From NCBI GenBank assembly GCA_963765495.1, contig CAVXWP010000007.1, positions 512,001 to 576,000 on the forward strand: a stretch of DNA of 64,000 nucleotides, written 5' to 3'. The notes under the pieces are model-generated. The model had not been told where the DNA came from. It did not search any database and saw nothing but the letters and a program-made list of their open reading frames with translations. This DNA comes from Blastocatellia bacterium. Lineage in GTDB: Bacteria; Acidobacteriota; Blastocatellia; UBA7656. Shown here one piece after another: positions 27,628 to 38,000 of the stretch. How positions within the stretch are numbered: position 1 is the stretch's first letter; every line of letters starts with the position of its first letter. The translations under genes were made by a program, and so were the position numbers.

Positions 27628-28869
27628 TTACGCCTCGCTCACTTTTCTTTCCTTGCGCGAAGGGAAGAGCGCAAACAACAGCAGGACCGCGAGCGCCGAT
27701 AGCGCGGCCCCGAAAACGAATGTAGCCCACGAGCCTATTTGATCCCACAGCAGACCGCCTATGTAACTCGCCGCGATCTGCGTCACTCCGATCACCGTAG
27801 AATAAATCCCTATCGCCGTAGCCCGGCCCGCGCTTCCGGCAGTGTCTACGGCCATAGCCTTTGCCACGCCGTCGGTCAGGGCGGGGAAGAGTCCGTATAT
27901 CGCAAACAGCGGCCACACCATCCACGCCTGATTCGCAAACGCAAAACCTAAGTAAGCCGCCGCGTATATCGCATAGCCGATGATCAAAAGATTTCGACGC
28001 CCGAAGCGGTCGCTTGCGCTACCGGCTGGCATCGAGGCAGCCGCCGCTACGGCGTTGTATAGAGCGTATGCCAGTATGGTCAGGCTTGTTGAAAGCCCTA
28101 TCTGCTCGGAGCGCAAAATCAAAAACGCATTGGCTGAATTCGCAAGCCCGAGTAGCCCGATTATCACAAGCAGTTTTCTGTATTCGCGTGTAGTTCCGGC
28201 AAGCGAAAGTCTCAGGCTTTTTGCGCCCGTCACTATATCGCTGCGCCGCTCTCGAATAGCCAGAATCAAGAGCGCCGCGACCGTTGCCGGTATGGCCGAG
28301 ATCATAAAGATCGAGCGCGCATCAAGCCCCGCCCAGTTGAGCAGCATCAGCCCCGCAATAGGCCCAAAGACAGCGCCCGTCGAATCCATTGCGCGCTCGA
28401 AGCCGAATGCCTTGCCTCGCTGTTTTTCATCCGTGCTCTCGGCGAGCAGTGCGTCTCGCGGCGCGCCGCGTATACCCTTTCCGAAACGGTCGGCGAATCG
28501 CGCTCCAAGGACTACGGGCCAGCTACCGGCAAACGCTATCATCGGGCGCGATACGGCCGTAAGCACATAGCCCGCAAACGCCACGGGTTTTCGCCTGCCT
28601 ATTCGATCCGATATCCACCCCGATATGCCTGAGATGATGCTGGCCGTGCCTACGGCGATGCCTTCTATCAAACCTACGGCGGTCGCGGGCGCGTTTAGAG
28701 TCTGCGTGAGAAAGATAGGCAGTATCGGATAGACCATCTCCGAACTTATGTCGGCAAGCAGGCTGACAAGCCCGATTATGACGGCGCTGCGGGATAGAAC
28801 AGATGCGGAGACAGGATGATCTCTCCGCGTCTCTTCTTCGCGTGTATCGGTTTTTTCTCTATTTTTCAT
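27628..28869 (-). CDS. MFS transporter
   Basis: About 12 TM; DISSEM, SDRIGRRK, RFADRFGKGIRGAPRDALL, SDRFGRR. Confidence 0.92.
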   Translation of the reverse strand: MKNREKTDTREEETRRDHPVSASVLSRSAVIIGLVSLLADISSEMVYPILPIFLTQTLNAPATAVGLIEGIAVGTASIISGISGWISDRIGRRKPVAFAGYVLTAVSRPMIAFAGSWPVVLGARFADRFGKGIRGAPRDALLAESTDEKQRGKAFGFERAMDSTGAVFGPIAGLMLLNWAGLDARSIFMISAIPATVAALLILAIRERRSDIVTGAKSLRLSLAGTTREYRKLLVIIGLLGLANSANAFLILRSEQIGLSTSLTILAYALYNAVAAAASMPAGSASDRFGRRNLLIIGYAIYAAAYLGFAFANQAWMVWPLFAIYGLFPALTDGVAKAMAVDTAGSAGRATAIGIYSTVIGVTQIAASYIGGLLWDQIGSWATFVFGAALSALAVLLLFALFPSRKERKVSEA

Positions 28870-30697
28870 CAAGCGTAAGGTTGGCGATGAAATACCACGA
28901 GCCGGAAAGGTCAACGTTTATGTTGCCTACGCGTTTGCGCGCTATGACTACGTTGGATGGATACCAGAGGTAAATCTGAGGCAACTGCTCGGCGACCGCT
29001 TTTTGAATTTTTGAATAAATCTCTTTCTTAACGGCTCGATCAGTTGCGCGCTCGGCCTCGATTATCCAGTTGTCCACCTGCGCATCGCAATAACGCATGC
29101 GATTCTGGCCGCCTCGCCCCGTGAGCAGGCTCGATATGTCGAAATACAATTGCTTCTTTGCTTGCGCGTTTGCGCTCGCGTTTATCTCGGCGGCCTGAGC
29201 GGCGAGCCGCACTACTTCGGGGTCCGCGCAGTAGTCGCGTCGAGCGAGTATCGCGTCAAGCTTATCGAATAAAGGTTTCATCTGGGCCGGGTCTGTGGTT
29301 GCGCGCAGGGCGGTTATGGCGCTCGTAAATTCGGGGTTCTGGTACCGGCTGTGATAGACGAATTGAAATACGTCGGTGCTTTGATTTGCGCCTATGCTTC
29401 TGAGGTAATACAGGTCGAACTGCCCTTTTGTGATTCGATCCATCATGGTCGCAAATTCAAGCGAATCGAGCGTGAGCCCGATGCCTACGCGGCGTAGCTG
29501 ATCCTGCAAAATCGCGCCGATGTTGCGCGACAACTGGTTTGTCGTCGTCAACAGATTGATTTCCAGACGAGTCTGCGGCCCGTCGCCGTCCGGGTCTTTG
29601 AATCCCGCCTCATCGAGCAGTTGTTTTGCTCGCTCGGGGTCGAAGTTGTAGACGGGTATCTCCGACTCGTAGGCCCAGTGCCGGGGTGGAAGGATCGCGT
29701 CGGCCTTGCGCGCCTGATCGCGGAGCAGGCGATGAATTATCACCTCGCGGTCGAGGGCAAAAGCCACGGCCTGCCGCAGTTTTTGATTTGCAAGCAGAGA
29801 GTCTTTCGAAAGATTCAGACCCAGATAATCGATGTTTGTGCCGTCGCTTATGTGCACATTTATGTCGCTGCGATTGCCGAGCGCGCGGATGGTTTCGGGG
29901 TCAAACTGCGCGTTATAAGCGAGGTCGGTTTCGCCGCTCATCAACTCGGCCTGTCTCGTGCTGTTGTCGCCGACCACGGTGACATTGACGCGGGGAATCT
30001 TTGGAGCGCCGCCCCAGTAATCGGCGTTCGCTTCGAGCTTGAGCGGCTGGCCCTCGCTGTAAGAGATAAACTTGTACGGACCGCTTCCGACGGGGTTGTT
30101 GATGATGTCGGGGCCTGCGCCTTCGGGGATTATGCCGATGGCGGGCAGGTTATCAATCAGCGTATAAAACGGCTCGCTTGTGTGAAAGACGGCCGTGAGC
30201 GGGTCGGGCGTGTCTACGGATGTGATGCGGTCGAACCCGGCGCGAAGCGGCGATTTGAGCGCAGGCGAAACCAGCGTCTCGAATGTGTATTTCACATCGG
30301 CCGAGGTGAGGGGTTTGCCGTTATGAAACTTCACATCGGGCCGCAGATGAAAAGTAAACGTCTTGAAATCCGTGGGCGGGTCGAAACTCGCAAGCGACGG
30401 GACAAATTCGAAGTTATCGTTTTTGACTACGAGCGTGTCGTAGACGAGTTGCATTATGCGGGCCGAGATACCGTTACCGGCTGAAAACCTCGGGTCGAAT
30501 CCGCGAGGCGGGGCCTCGATGGCTACGACAAGCGTGCCCGGTTCTCCGCCGCGACGACACGCCGCAGACGGTAGAACGCTCGTCATCAAAACCGAAAGCG
30601 CGATTATGAGTTTCAGACGGAGTGAGCGGTCGTTGCGGCTTGAGGTCTTGGATCGAAGATGAGCAGGACCGGGATTGAACGCCTCGGGTAATTTCAT
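28859..30697 (-). CDS. Family 5 (peptide/nickel) ABC substrate-binding lipoprotein
   Basis: SAAC lipobox, LVYDTLV, FHLRPDVKFHNG, PVGSGPYKF, LRQAVAFALDR; start uncertain. Confidence 0.9.
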   Translation of the reverse strand: MKLPEAFNPGPAHLRSKTSSRNDRSLRLKLIIALSVLMTSVLPSAACRRGGEPGTLVVAIEAPPRGFDPRFSAGNGISARIMQLVYDTLVVKNDNFEFVPSLASFDPPTDFKTFTFHLRPDVKFHNGKPLTSADVKYTFETLVSPALKSPLRAGFDRITSVDTPDPLTAVFHTSEPFYTLIDNLPAIGIIPEGAGPDIINNPVGSGPYKFISYSEGQPLKLEANADYWGGAPKIPRVNVTVVGDNSTRQAELMSGETDLAYNAQFDPETIRALGNRSDINVHISDGTNIDYLGLNLSKDSLLANQKLRQAVAFALDREVIIHRLLRDQARKADAILPPRHWAYESEIPVYNFDPERAKQLLDEAGFKDPDGDGPQTRLEINLLTTTNQLSRNIGAILQDQLRRVGIGLTLDSLEFATMMDRITKGQFDLYYLRSIGANQSTDVFQFVYHSRYQNPEFTSAITALRATTDPAQMKPLFDKLDAILARRDYCADPEVVRLAAQAAEINASANAQAKKQLYFDISSLLTGRGGQNRMRYCDAQVDNWIIEAERATDRAVKKEIYSKIQKAVAEQLPQIYLWYPSNVVIARKRVGNINVDLSGSWYFIANLTLDEK

Positions 30698-30737
30698 CAC
30701 TTGAAAGATAGATGTCTCCTGCCCGCCGCCTGTCGGC

Positions 30738-31820
30738 TCATTTCGAGTGCTGCAACACGAGGTTGAGTTCTGCCACGCGCTCGCGAATGCGCGCAACCGA
30801 CATCTCGCTCAGCGAGAGCGGCGGCGACACCATAGACTTGACGCGCGCGATGTGATCGAAGGCGCGGCTTATGTGAGTGTTGTTTATTCGGTTCTGGCGC
30901 GCCGCCTCGATCATTGCCCGCCACGCGATGTCTATGCGGTCGGCCGAGCCTGAAACAATCGCCATGTCGTTGCCCGCTTCGATTGCCATCACAGCCGCTT
31001 CCGGCAGATCGCGCGTAGAGCGAACCGCGCCCATCTCAAGGTTGTCGGCTATAGCAAGCCCGCGATAGCCAAGTTCATCGCGCAGGAAGCCGTTTACTAC
31101 GTTCTTTGAGAGCGAAGCCGGAAGCGCAGCCGGTCCGTCCAGCGCCGGATAGTGGGCGTGGCCTACGATGACGCTGGTCAGCCGCGCATTGATCTTGCTG
31201 AAGAGTTCGGTATAAGGCGCGACTTCCTGTTTTTGCAATTCGTCGCGCGAGCGATCAATAGTCGGCAACGCGTTTTGCGGGTCTTCACGCGCTGCGCCGA
31301 GACCCGGAAAATGTTTCCCTATTCCGATGATGCCGCCGCGCTGGAGCCCTTCCAGGTATGCGCCCGCGAGCCTCACGACCTCTGCCACGGTGTTTCCGAG
31401 ATAGCGCCCTTTGAGCCCGTTTTCCGCCGAATCGTTTCGCGCGATGTCGAGCACGGGCGCGAGGTTTATGTTGCAGCCGAGCGTGCGCAGGGCTTCGGCT
31501 GTGATCTCTCCGAAACGGGCCGAAATCGAGGCGTCATCGGAGGCGCGCAGGTGGTCGGCCGAGGGCAAAGGCGAGAAAATCTCTTTCAGCGGATCAACGC
31601 GCCCGCCTTCCTGGGCTATGGCGATAAAGGGGGGCACGTTTATAATCTGCCGTATGGCAGATGTGAGTTCGTGCGCCTGCTGTGCGCTCTCTATGTTGCG
31701 GCCTTCGAGCAGGATGCCGCCGGGTTGAACCGTTTCCAGCAACTCGCGGGTTGAGGCGTCCATTTCGCTGCCCGGCAGACTGATTAATAGTAGCTGTCCG
31801 ATTCTGTGTTCTAATTCCAT
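30738..31820 (-). CDS. GH3 NagZ-like beta-N-acetylhexosaminidase (degenerate motifs)
   Basis: QEGGRV, NLAPVLD, KHFPGLG, LRDELGYRG, ADNLEMGA. Confidence 0.85.
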   Translation of the reverse strand: MELEHRIGQLLLISLPGSEMDASTRELLETVQPGGILLEGRNIESAQQAHELTSAIRQIINVPPFIAIAQEGGRVDPLKEIFSPLPSADHLRASDDASISARFGEITAEALRTLGCNINLAPVLDIARNDSAENGLKGRYLGNTVAEVVRLAGAYLEGLQRGGIIGIGKHFPGLGAAREDPQNALPTIDRSRDELQKQEVAPYTELFSKINARLTSVIVGHAHYPALDGPAALPASLSKNVVNGFLRDELGYRGLAIADNLEMGAVRSTRDLPEAAVMAIEAGNDMAIVSGSADRIDIAWRAMIEAARQNRINNTHISRAFDHIARVKSMVSPPLSLSEMSVARIRERVAELNLVLQHSK

Positions 31821-31926
31821 ATCGTTTTATAGAAACCGGGTATGCCTTTCAAAGCGATCCTCTCTCGAAACGACTCTCGTCCCCGCCCTCAAAATAGATG
31901 ATGATGATACCAGTTCGGATCGAGAC

Positions 31927-32973
31927 CTATTGATCTTCAAACAACGCCCTCAAACTCAGATCATAAGGTTCGCGGGCCACGCCCCGGTCGGTGATTATCG
32001 CAGAGACATAGCGGTGCGGGGTCACATCGAAAGCCGGGTTGGCCACTTCAACTCCATCCGGCGAGATCTGATTGCCCTTTATATGTGTGACCTCTTCATC
32101 GGAACGCAGTTCGATAGGAATCTGCTCGCCGGAATTCAGCTTCAGATCCACGGTTGAAAGCGGCGCGGCCACGTAAAACGGGATGTTGTTTTCGTGCGCG
32201 GCGACGGCAACCATATATGTGCCGATCTTGTTGGCCACATCGCCGTTTGCGGCTATGCGGTCAGCGCCTACGACAACGCAATCGACCTCGCCCGACTTCA
32301 GGAAATGTCCGGCCATCCCGTCCGTGATTACGGTGACAGGGATATTATCCTTATTTAGTTCCCAGGCCGTGAGGCGAGCGCCCTGAAGAAAGGGGCGCGT
32401 TTCATCGGCTATCACCCGCACGCGCTTGCCCGCTTCGACCGCCGCGCGAATCACGCCAAGCGCGGTGCCGAACCCGGCTGTCGCCAGCGCGCCCGCGTTG
32501 CAATGTGTCAGCACCGTTGCTTCGTCGGGTATTAGCTCGGCTCCGAACCCGCCCATGCGGCGATTGCTTTCGATGTCTTCGCGGTGAACCGCGCGAGCCT
32601 CTTCGATGAGTCGCTCTTTGATCTCTTCTACGGAAGCGCCTTCGCGTTTTGCCCGGCTAAAGATCCAGCGCATACGCTCCACGCCCCAGAAGAGGTTGAC
32701 CGCCGTGGGCCGCGTCCTGAGAATCCGGTCGCATATCTGTTCGAATTCGGGTTCGAAATCTTCTATCGAGGCGGCGGCGGAATTCTTTGCGCCGATGGCG
32801 ACTCCCATCGCCGCTGCCACTCCTATAGCCGGCGCTCCGCGCACAACCATGTCTTCTATTGCGCGGGCCACTTCTTCGTGGGACTTGAAGACCGGGTATA
32901 ATTCCTCTGTAGGCAACAGGCGCTGATCAATCATCACTACGCCTTCGTCTGTCCATTCAATAGTTTTTATCAT
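31927..32973 (-). CDS. mtnA: S-methyl-5-thioribose-1-phosphate isomerase
   Basis: [53 protein letters not shown]. Confidence 0.95.
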   Translation of the reverse strand: MIKTIEWTDEGVVMIDQRLLPTEELYPVFKSHEEVARAIEDMVVRGAPAIGVAAAMGVAIGAKNSAAASIEDFEPEFEQICDRILRTRPTAVNLFWGVERMRWIFSRAKREGASVEEIKERLIEEARAVHREDIESNRRMGGFGAELIPDEATVLTHCNAGALATAGFGTALGVIRAAVEAGKRVRVIADETRPFLQGARLTAWELNKDNIPVTVITDGMAGHFLKSGEVDCVVVGADRIAANGDVANKIGTYMVAVAAHENNIPFYVAAPLSTVDLKLNSGEQIPIELRSDEEVTHIKGNQISPDGVEVANPAFDVTPHRYVSAIITDRGVAREPYDLSLRALFEDQ

Positions 32974-33348
32974 CGTCGCAAAGGATAATAGCCAATGGCA
33001 GCGCAGATTGGCAACAAATTGGCAGCGATGTCTTTTGTCGGGGAGGGAGAAGACAGAGGCGTTAACTTCTCGGGAAACTCCTGGCGTGCTCCGGGTACTT
33101 GGCGTATGGGCGAGAAATAGTTGCGCGCAAAGTCGCACAGTCGCACAGCACAAAAAGCTTTTTCACAAGCCAATCAGTCGATTCCTGCGACGCGGCTATG
33201 GATGTTGCCGGGTGGGTTGCCATCAACGGTGAAAAAGAATTTTGCCCGGGCTGTTATCAAGGTTATTATCACAGTGAACGGTTCGAATTTGAGATCTCGA
33301 ATCTCAGAGCCGATAACGTACTAATCTGAATAATGAGGTCAGCCGGTT

Positions 33349-33792
33349 ATGAGCATGATTTCCGCAAGCCACGAAGACGCGCAATTGATACTGAGACTCT
33401 ACGAGTTGCGCCGCGAAGAGAAGATGCGAGAGGCCCGCGAATGGTATGGAAAGAGCTTCTCTCCGCGTTCCATAGATGATTTAAAGGCGCTTTTCAGCAC
33501 TCCCGGCCAGGAGAACGCCTACTTCAGAATGGTTGTATCCTACTGGGACATGGCCGCCTCCTTTATAGTTCACGGAGTTCTCAACGGCGAGCTTTTTCTT
33601 GAATCAGGCAACGAGATGCTTTATGTCTGGGCAAAGATCGAACCCCTGATTCCCCAGATACGAGAGGTGATCGGTCTTCCGAGCTTTCTATCGAACATCG
33701 AACAGGCCATCGAAATCATCCCCGGCGCGCCCGATAGAGTGCACTTCCTCCGCGAGCGCATCGAGCGAAGCAAGCTCTCGTCAACCGAGTAG
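33349..33792 (+). CDS. Hypothetical protein (DUF4760-like)
   Basis: DAQLILRLYELRREEKMREAREW...VVSYWDMAAS pattern. Confidence 0.65.
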   Translation: MSMISASHEDAQLILRLYELRREEKMREAREWYGKSFSPRSIDDLKALFSTPGQENAYFRMVVSYWDMAASFIVHGVLNGELFLESGNEMLYVWAKIEPLIPQIREVIGLPSFLSNIEQAIEIIPGAPDRVHFLRERIERSKLSSTE

Positions 33793-33932
33793 TCCGGGAA
33801 ATCATTTCTCTTGCGCCTCCCGCCTTCGCAATTGTATATTACGAGGCGGGCAGGGACCCCTTGCCTGACCTCCCCCTACAGAATACGGCCCCTCTGATAA
33901 TCGTCCAAAATATCGAGCCAGAGGATTCAGTA

Positions 33933-34706
33933 ATGAGATCAGTAGCAGTCGCCTTGTTGACAGTTGTTTTGCTGACCGCCGCCGTGTCAGCCGGAACCGC
34001 CCAGGCGCAGAAAGCGCCCGCCTCACCTGCCGAAACAGTGATCAATTTTTACCGCGCTCTCAAACAGAAGCATTACCAGGAAGGGTTCCGCCACTCGGTC
34101 TACAGGGGGGCCGTCGAGGGGCTGACCGCTGCGGAGCTAAAGGACCTGGAAGATGATTTCGCCAGCACCTTTTCGGCAATCCCGGAAAAGATCGAGTCGC
34201 GCGGCGAGCAGATAACCGGAGAGACGGCTGTCGTCTTCCTGAAATTCGAAGGGATCGAAGAGGCGCAGCCGGTGGGACTGATTCGCGCAAACGGCGAGTG
34301 GCTCGTAGGCGATAAGGCGGCGCTCGATATGGTCAAGGCTCAGGGCACGGCCTTCTTTTTCAACACGCGAATGCAGGTTAATGAACAAGAGGCGTTTCAG
34401 ATGCTCCAGCGAATGATCGGCGTGGAATTGCTTTACTCTCGAAAATTCGAGGGCCGCGTTGCCACGATTGAAGAACTGGTAAAACTCAACGGCCTGCCCG
34501 CAGACATACAGGGCGGCGAATCGAGCGGCTACAGATTCACATTGACGGTGAGCGCGGACGGGAAATCATTCTTTGCGACCGCCACGCCGATGGTCTACGG
34601 CAAGAGCGGGCGAGTATCGTTTTACGCAGATCCGAACGGCGTGCGCGGCGAAGACATGCGAGGCCAACTGGCCGGCCTTAACTCACCGCTTTACCAGCCG
34701 AAATAG
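33933..34706 (+). CDS. Exported hypothetical protein (NTF2/DUF4878-like N domain, DUF2950/pilin-like C domain)
   Basis: GAGGA RBS, signal peptide AQA, SPAETVINFY, SGYRFTL...ATPMVYGKSGRVSFY. Confidence 0.65.
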   Translation: MRSVAVALLTVVLLTAAVSAGTAQAQKAPASPAETVINFYRALKQKHYQEGFRHSVYRGAVEGLTAAELKDLEDDFASTFSAIPEKIESRGEQITGETAVVFLKFEGIEEAQPVGLIRANGEWLVGDKAALDMVKAQGTAFFFNTRMQVNEQEAFQMLQRMIGVELLYSRKFEGRVATIEELVKLNGLPADIQGGESSGYRFTLTVSADGKSFFATATPMVYGKSGRVSFYADPNGVRGEDMRGQLAGLNSPLYQPK

Positions 34707-34824
34707 CCCGGGCGAGGGCCGGTTGGCGATGCTACTATCAGTTCTAAAATCGACCGCCGGGACAACCTGCAAAATTCCTGATCTCTGTTGCCTGCAAGTC
34801 AAAAACTCAACGGCCCTGAGTGTC

Positions 34825-34854
34825 TTGACTCAATGTTCATAAATAAGCTAGATT
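34825..34854 (+). promoter_or_regulatory. Sigma70-type promoter upstream of C25 gene 1
   Basis: TTGACT-18 nt-TAGATT. Confidence 0.55.
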
Positions 34855-35002
34855 TCGTGCCGCTCTAAGTGGGGATAAACCGTTTTATTTCTTTCAGGTG
34901 AAATAAAGATAGTCAGGGGGGAAGAATCTGCTATTGCCGGGTTTTATAGCCACCTGAGCGGCTCTCTACATTTAAGTTTCAGTATTCAGTCGGAGGATCA
35001 AA

Positions 35003-38000
35003 ATGAAACCGCATTCACGCTCGCTTTGGATTGCTTTGTTTCTGGTAGCTTTATTTACAATGGTATCGATGGGCGGAGTTGTTCCCGTACGGGTTAGCGC
35101 TCATGGCCCTCAAGGTCAGTCAACCAAACCAGCGCCGCAAAAGGGCGTCGCACCAAAAGAAGATTCCGATGAAGGGGAAGACCCCGACTTGCCCCGTTTC
35201 GCAAACGGCAAGGTGGATAAAGAGGCTTATATGAGGGCCAGACAGGATAATATAAGCCTGATTCGGGGAGTTGATCTGAACGGCAAATTCGATCCGTCCC
35301 TGCGCGTCAAGGCCATACGCCAACTGGAATTGCAGGCAGCGGCAAATGCGCCTGTAATCACCACGGCGGCGTGGACACAGATCGGCCCGGCTCCTATCCC
35401 CAACGGACAGACACAGACGACGACGACCGCCGTGAGCGGGCGCGTCACGGTTGTGGAGATTGATCCGACAAATTCAAGCCGGCTTTATGTAGGCACGGCT
35501 CAAGGCGGCGTCTATCGCTCGCTTGACGGCGGCACGACATGGGCTGCGATATTCGACGGCGCTCAATCGCTCGCCATCGGCGCGCTTGCGCTTGTTCCTA
35601 CCGACCCGACCACGCTTTATGTAGGCACGGGCGAAGCAAACGGCTCGTGCGACAGCTTTGCCGGTGTCGGGTTGTATCGCATAGATACTGTGACGACCAC
35701 TCCTGTGCTTGTAGGCCCGATAAACCCGGTTCGCAACTACAACGATGCCGGGGGCAATCCGCAGAGCGTACCCGCTTTCAACGGGCGCAGCATAAGCAAA
35801 ATACTTGTAAACCCGACCGATCCCGGCTCGCTTCTTGTCGGGACCGCTGGCGGAGTCATAGGAATCGGTTGCGACTCACCGCTCGGCGGCGCGGTTCCGC
35901 CTCTTTCAACGAGAGGGCTTTATCGGCTGGCGAATGCGGACGGCGACCCCGCAGGAGTAACGGTTGAGAAGATACCTGTTGCCACGACCGCGGTTGCGGG
36001 CGGATGTTTCGATCTTCCCTGCACGGCAAATCGCAGCGTAAACGATATGGTCTATGATCCGGCGGACACCAATATCCTGACGCTGTGGCTGAACGGAATA
36101 AACGTATCGGGTGACGGAGGCATATGGCGTTCGACAAACGCGCAGTCCGCCTCTCCGACCTTCACGCAGGTCTTTACCACGACGGCCACAAGCACCTCGA
36201 ACGGCAGAGGGGTCTTTGCCATTTACAAGCAGGGCGCAAACCCTACGGTCATTTATGAAGGAAGCGGGGAAGCAAGCACGGGCGGAACGCTCTGCAACAG
36301 TTCCGCAAACCAGGGGGCGCTCAGAAGATCGACCGACGGCGGCGCTACGTGGTCTGCAAAGCTTCCGGGCGGCGGCGGTTTCTGCGGCGGGCAATGTTTC
36401 TATAATCTCGGCCTCGCGGTAGTTCCCGGCGCGACCACCGCTACGGATACGGTTTATGTGGCAGGAAACGTGCAGAGCGCAAACTGCGCGAAGCTGCTGG
36501 GGAAATCGCTTGACGGCGCTGCGACCGTTTTTGCCAATCTCGATAACGGTCTGCACGCCGATACCCATGTGGTTAAGATCGATCCCAACAACTCTTCGGT
36601 TATCTATCACGGCAATGACGGCGGGATATACAAATCAACAAACGCCGCAGCTTCGTGGACCAGCCTCAACAACACAGGCTTTCACGCCACGCAGTTTCAG
36701 AGCATAGCCACGCATCCTACTGATCAGTTTTATACCATCGGCGGCACGCAGGATAACGGGACGGAATTTCTACAGCCGACCAATATCTGGACGCGCGCCG
36801 ATGCCGGGGACGGCGGCTTTGCCATGATAGATCAGAACGCGGTCAATACGACCAATGTGACGATGTATCACACCTACTTCAATCAGGCCGGAACTCAGAT
36901 AGGCTATGCCCGCGCTACGACAGCGGGCGGAGCCTGGTCGTTTCTCGGCTGCTCAGGGTCGGGAACCACAAGAGGCATCAGTTGCACAAACACGGTGAAT
37001 TTCTATGCGCCGACGGCTCTTGGGCCGGGAAGCCCGAACGTAGTCTATCTCGGCACCGACCGCCTCTATCGCTCTACCGATACGGGCAACAACAACACAA
37101 TAGTCAGCCAGGCGCCGCTTGTGAGCGGCGTGCCCATAAGCAGCATAGCCATTTCGCCGTTGAGCGACCTTGTGCGCGTAGTGGGTCTCAACGACGGCTC
37201 GCTTTTTTACACGACTACCGGGTCATCTACGCTGACAAATTTAGACCCGTCAAACATGATCCCGAATAAATATGTGGGGCGAATAAAAGTCGATCCGAAT
37301 AACAGCAACACGGTTTATATCGCGCTCGCTGGCTACACGGGCGCTACTACGCCGGACAACTCGCATGTGTGGAAGGTGACAAACCTGAGCACGACCCCTG
37401 TGATAACCGCGATCAACGGATCGGGACCTGACGCCCTGCCCGATGTTCCTGTGAACGGCTTTGTGGTTGACCCGGTCAACTCGAACGTGCTCTATGCCGG
37501 GACCGACATAGGTGTTTACAGATCAACGGACGCGGGGGCCAACTGGATGCCGTTTGGCACGGGGCTTCCGATAGTCGCTGTTTTCGATATGGAAATAGCG
37601 CAGAAGGGGACCACCTCTGAAATCCTGCGAATCGCAACGCACGGTCGCGGAATGTGGGAGATTTCGCTTGCCCCGACGCTTGCCAAAGTAGTCGATATAA
37701 ATGCCAGCCGCTTTGATGACGGGCGCGTGCTCGTAGAGTGGCAGACCGGCAGCGAGGTGAACAACCTCGGCTTCAATATTTATCGCGAGCAGGACGGCCA
37801 GCGCATTCGCGTGACTCCGCAACTCGTCGCAGGCGCGGCGCTCGTAACAGGTGCGGGAAGGTCACTGCTTTCAGGCCATACATATCAGTGGGCGGATATC
37901 CCGCCCGCAAATGCCAGAAAGGTGAGCTACTGGCTTGAAGACGTAGACCTCAACGGCCAGAGTTCGTGGACCGGGCCTATTGAGATAAAGCTCGCTCACG

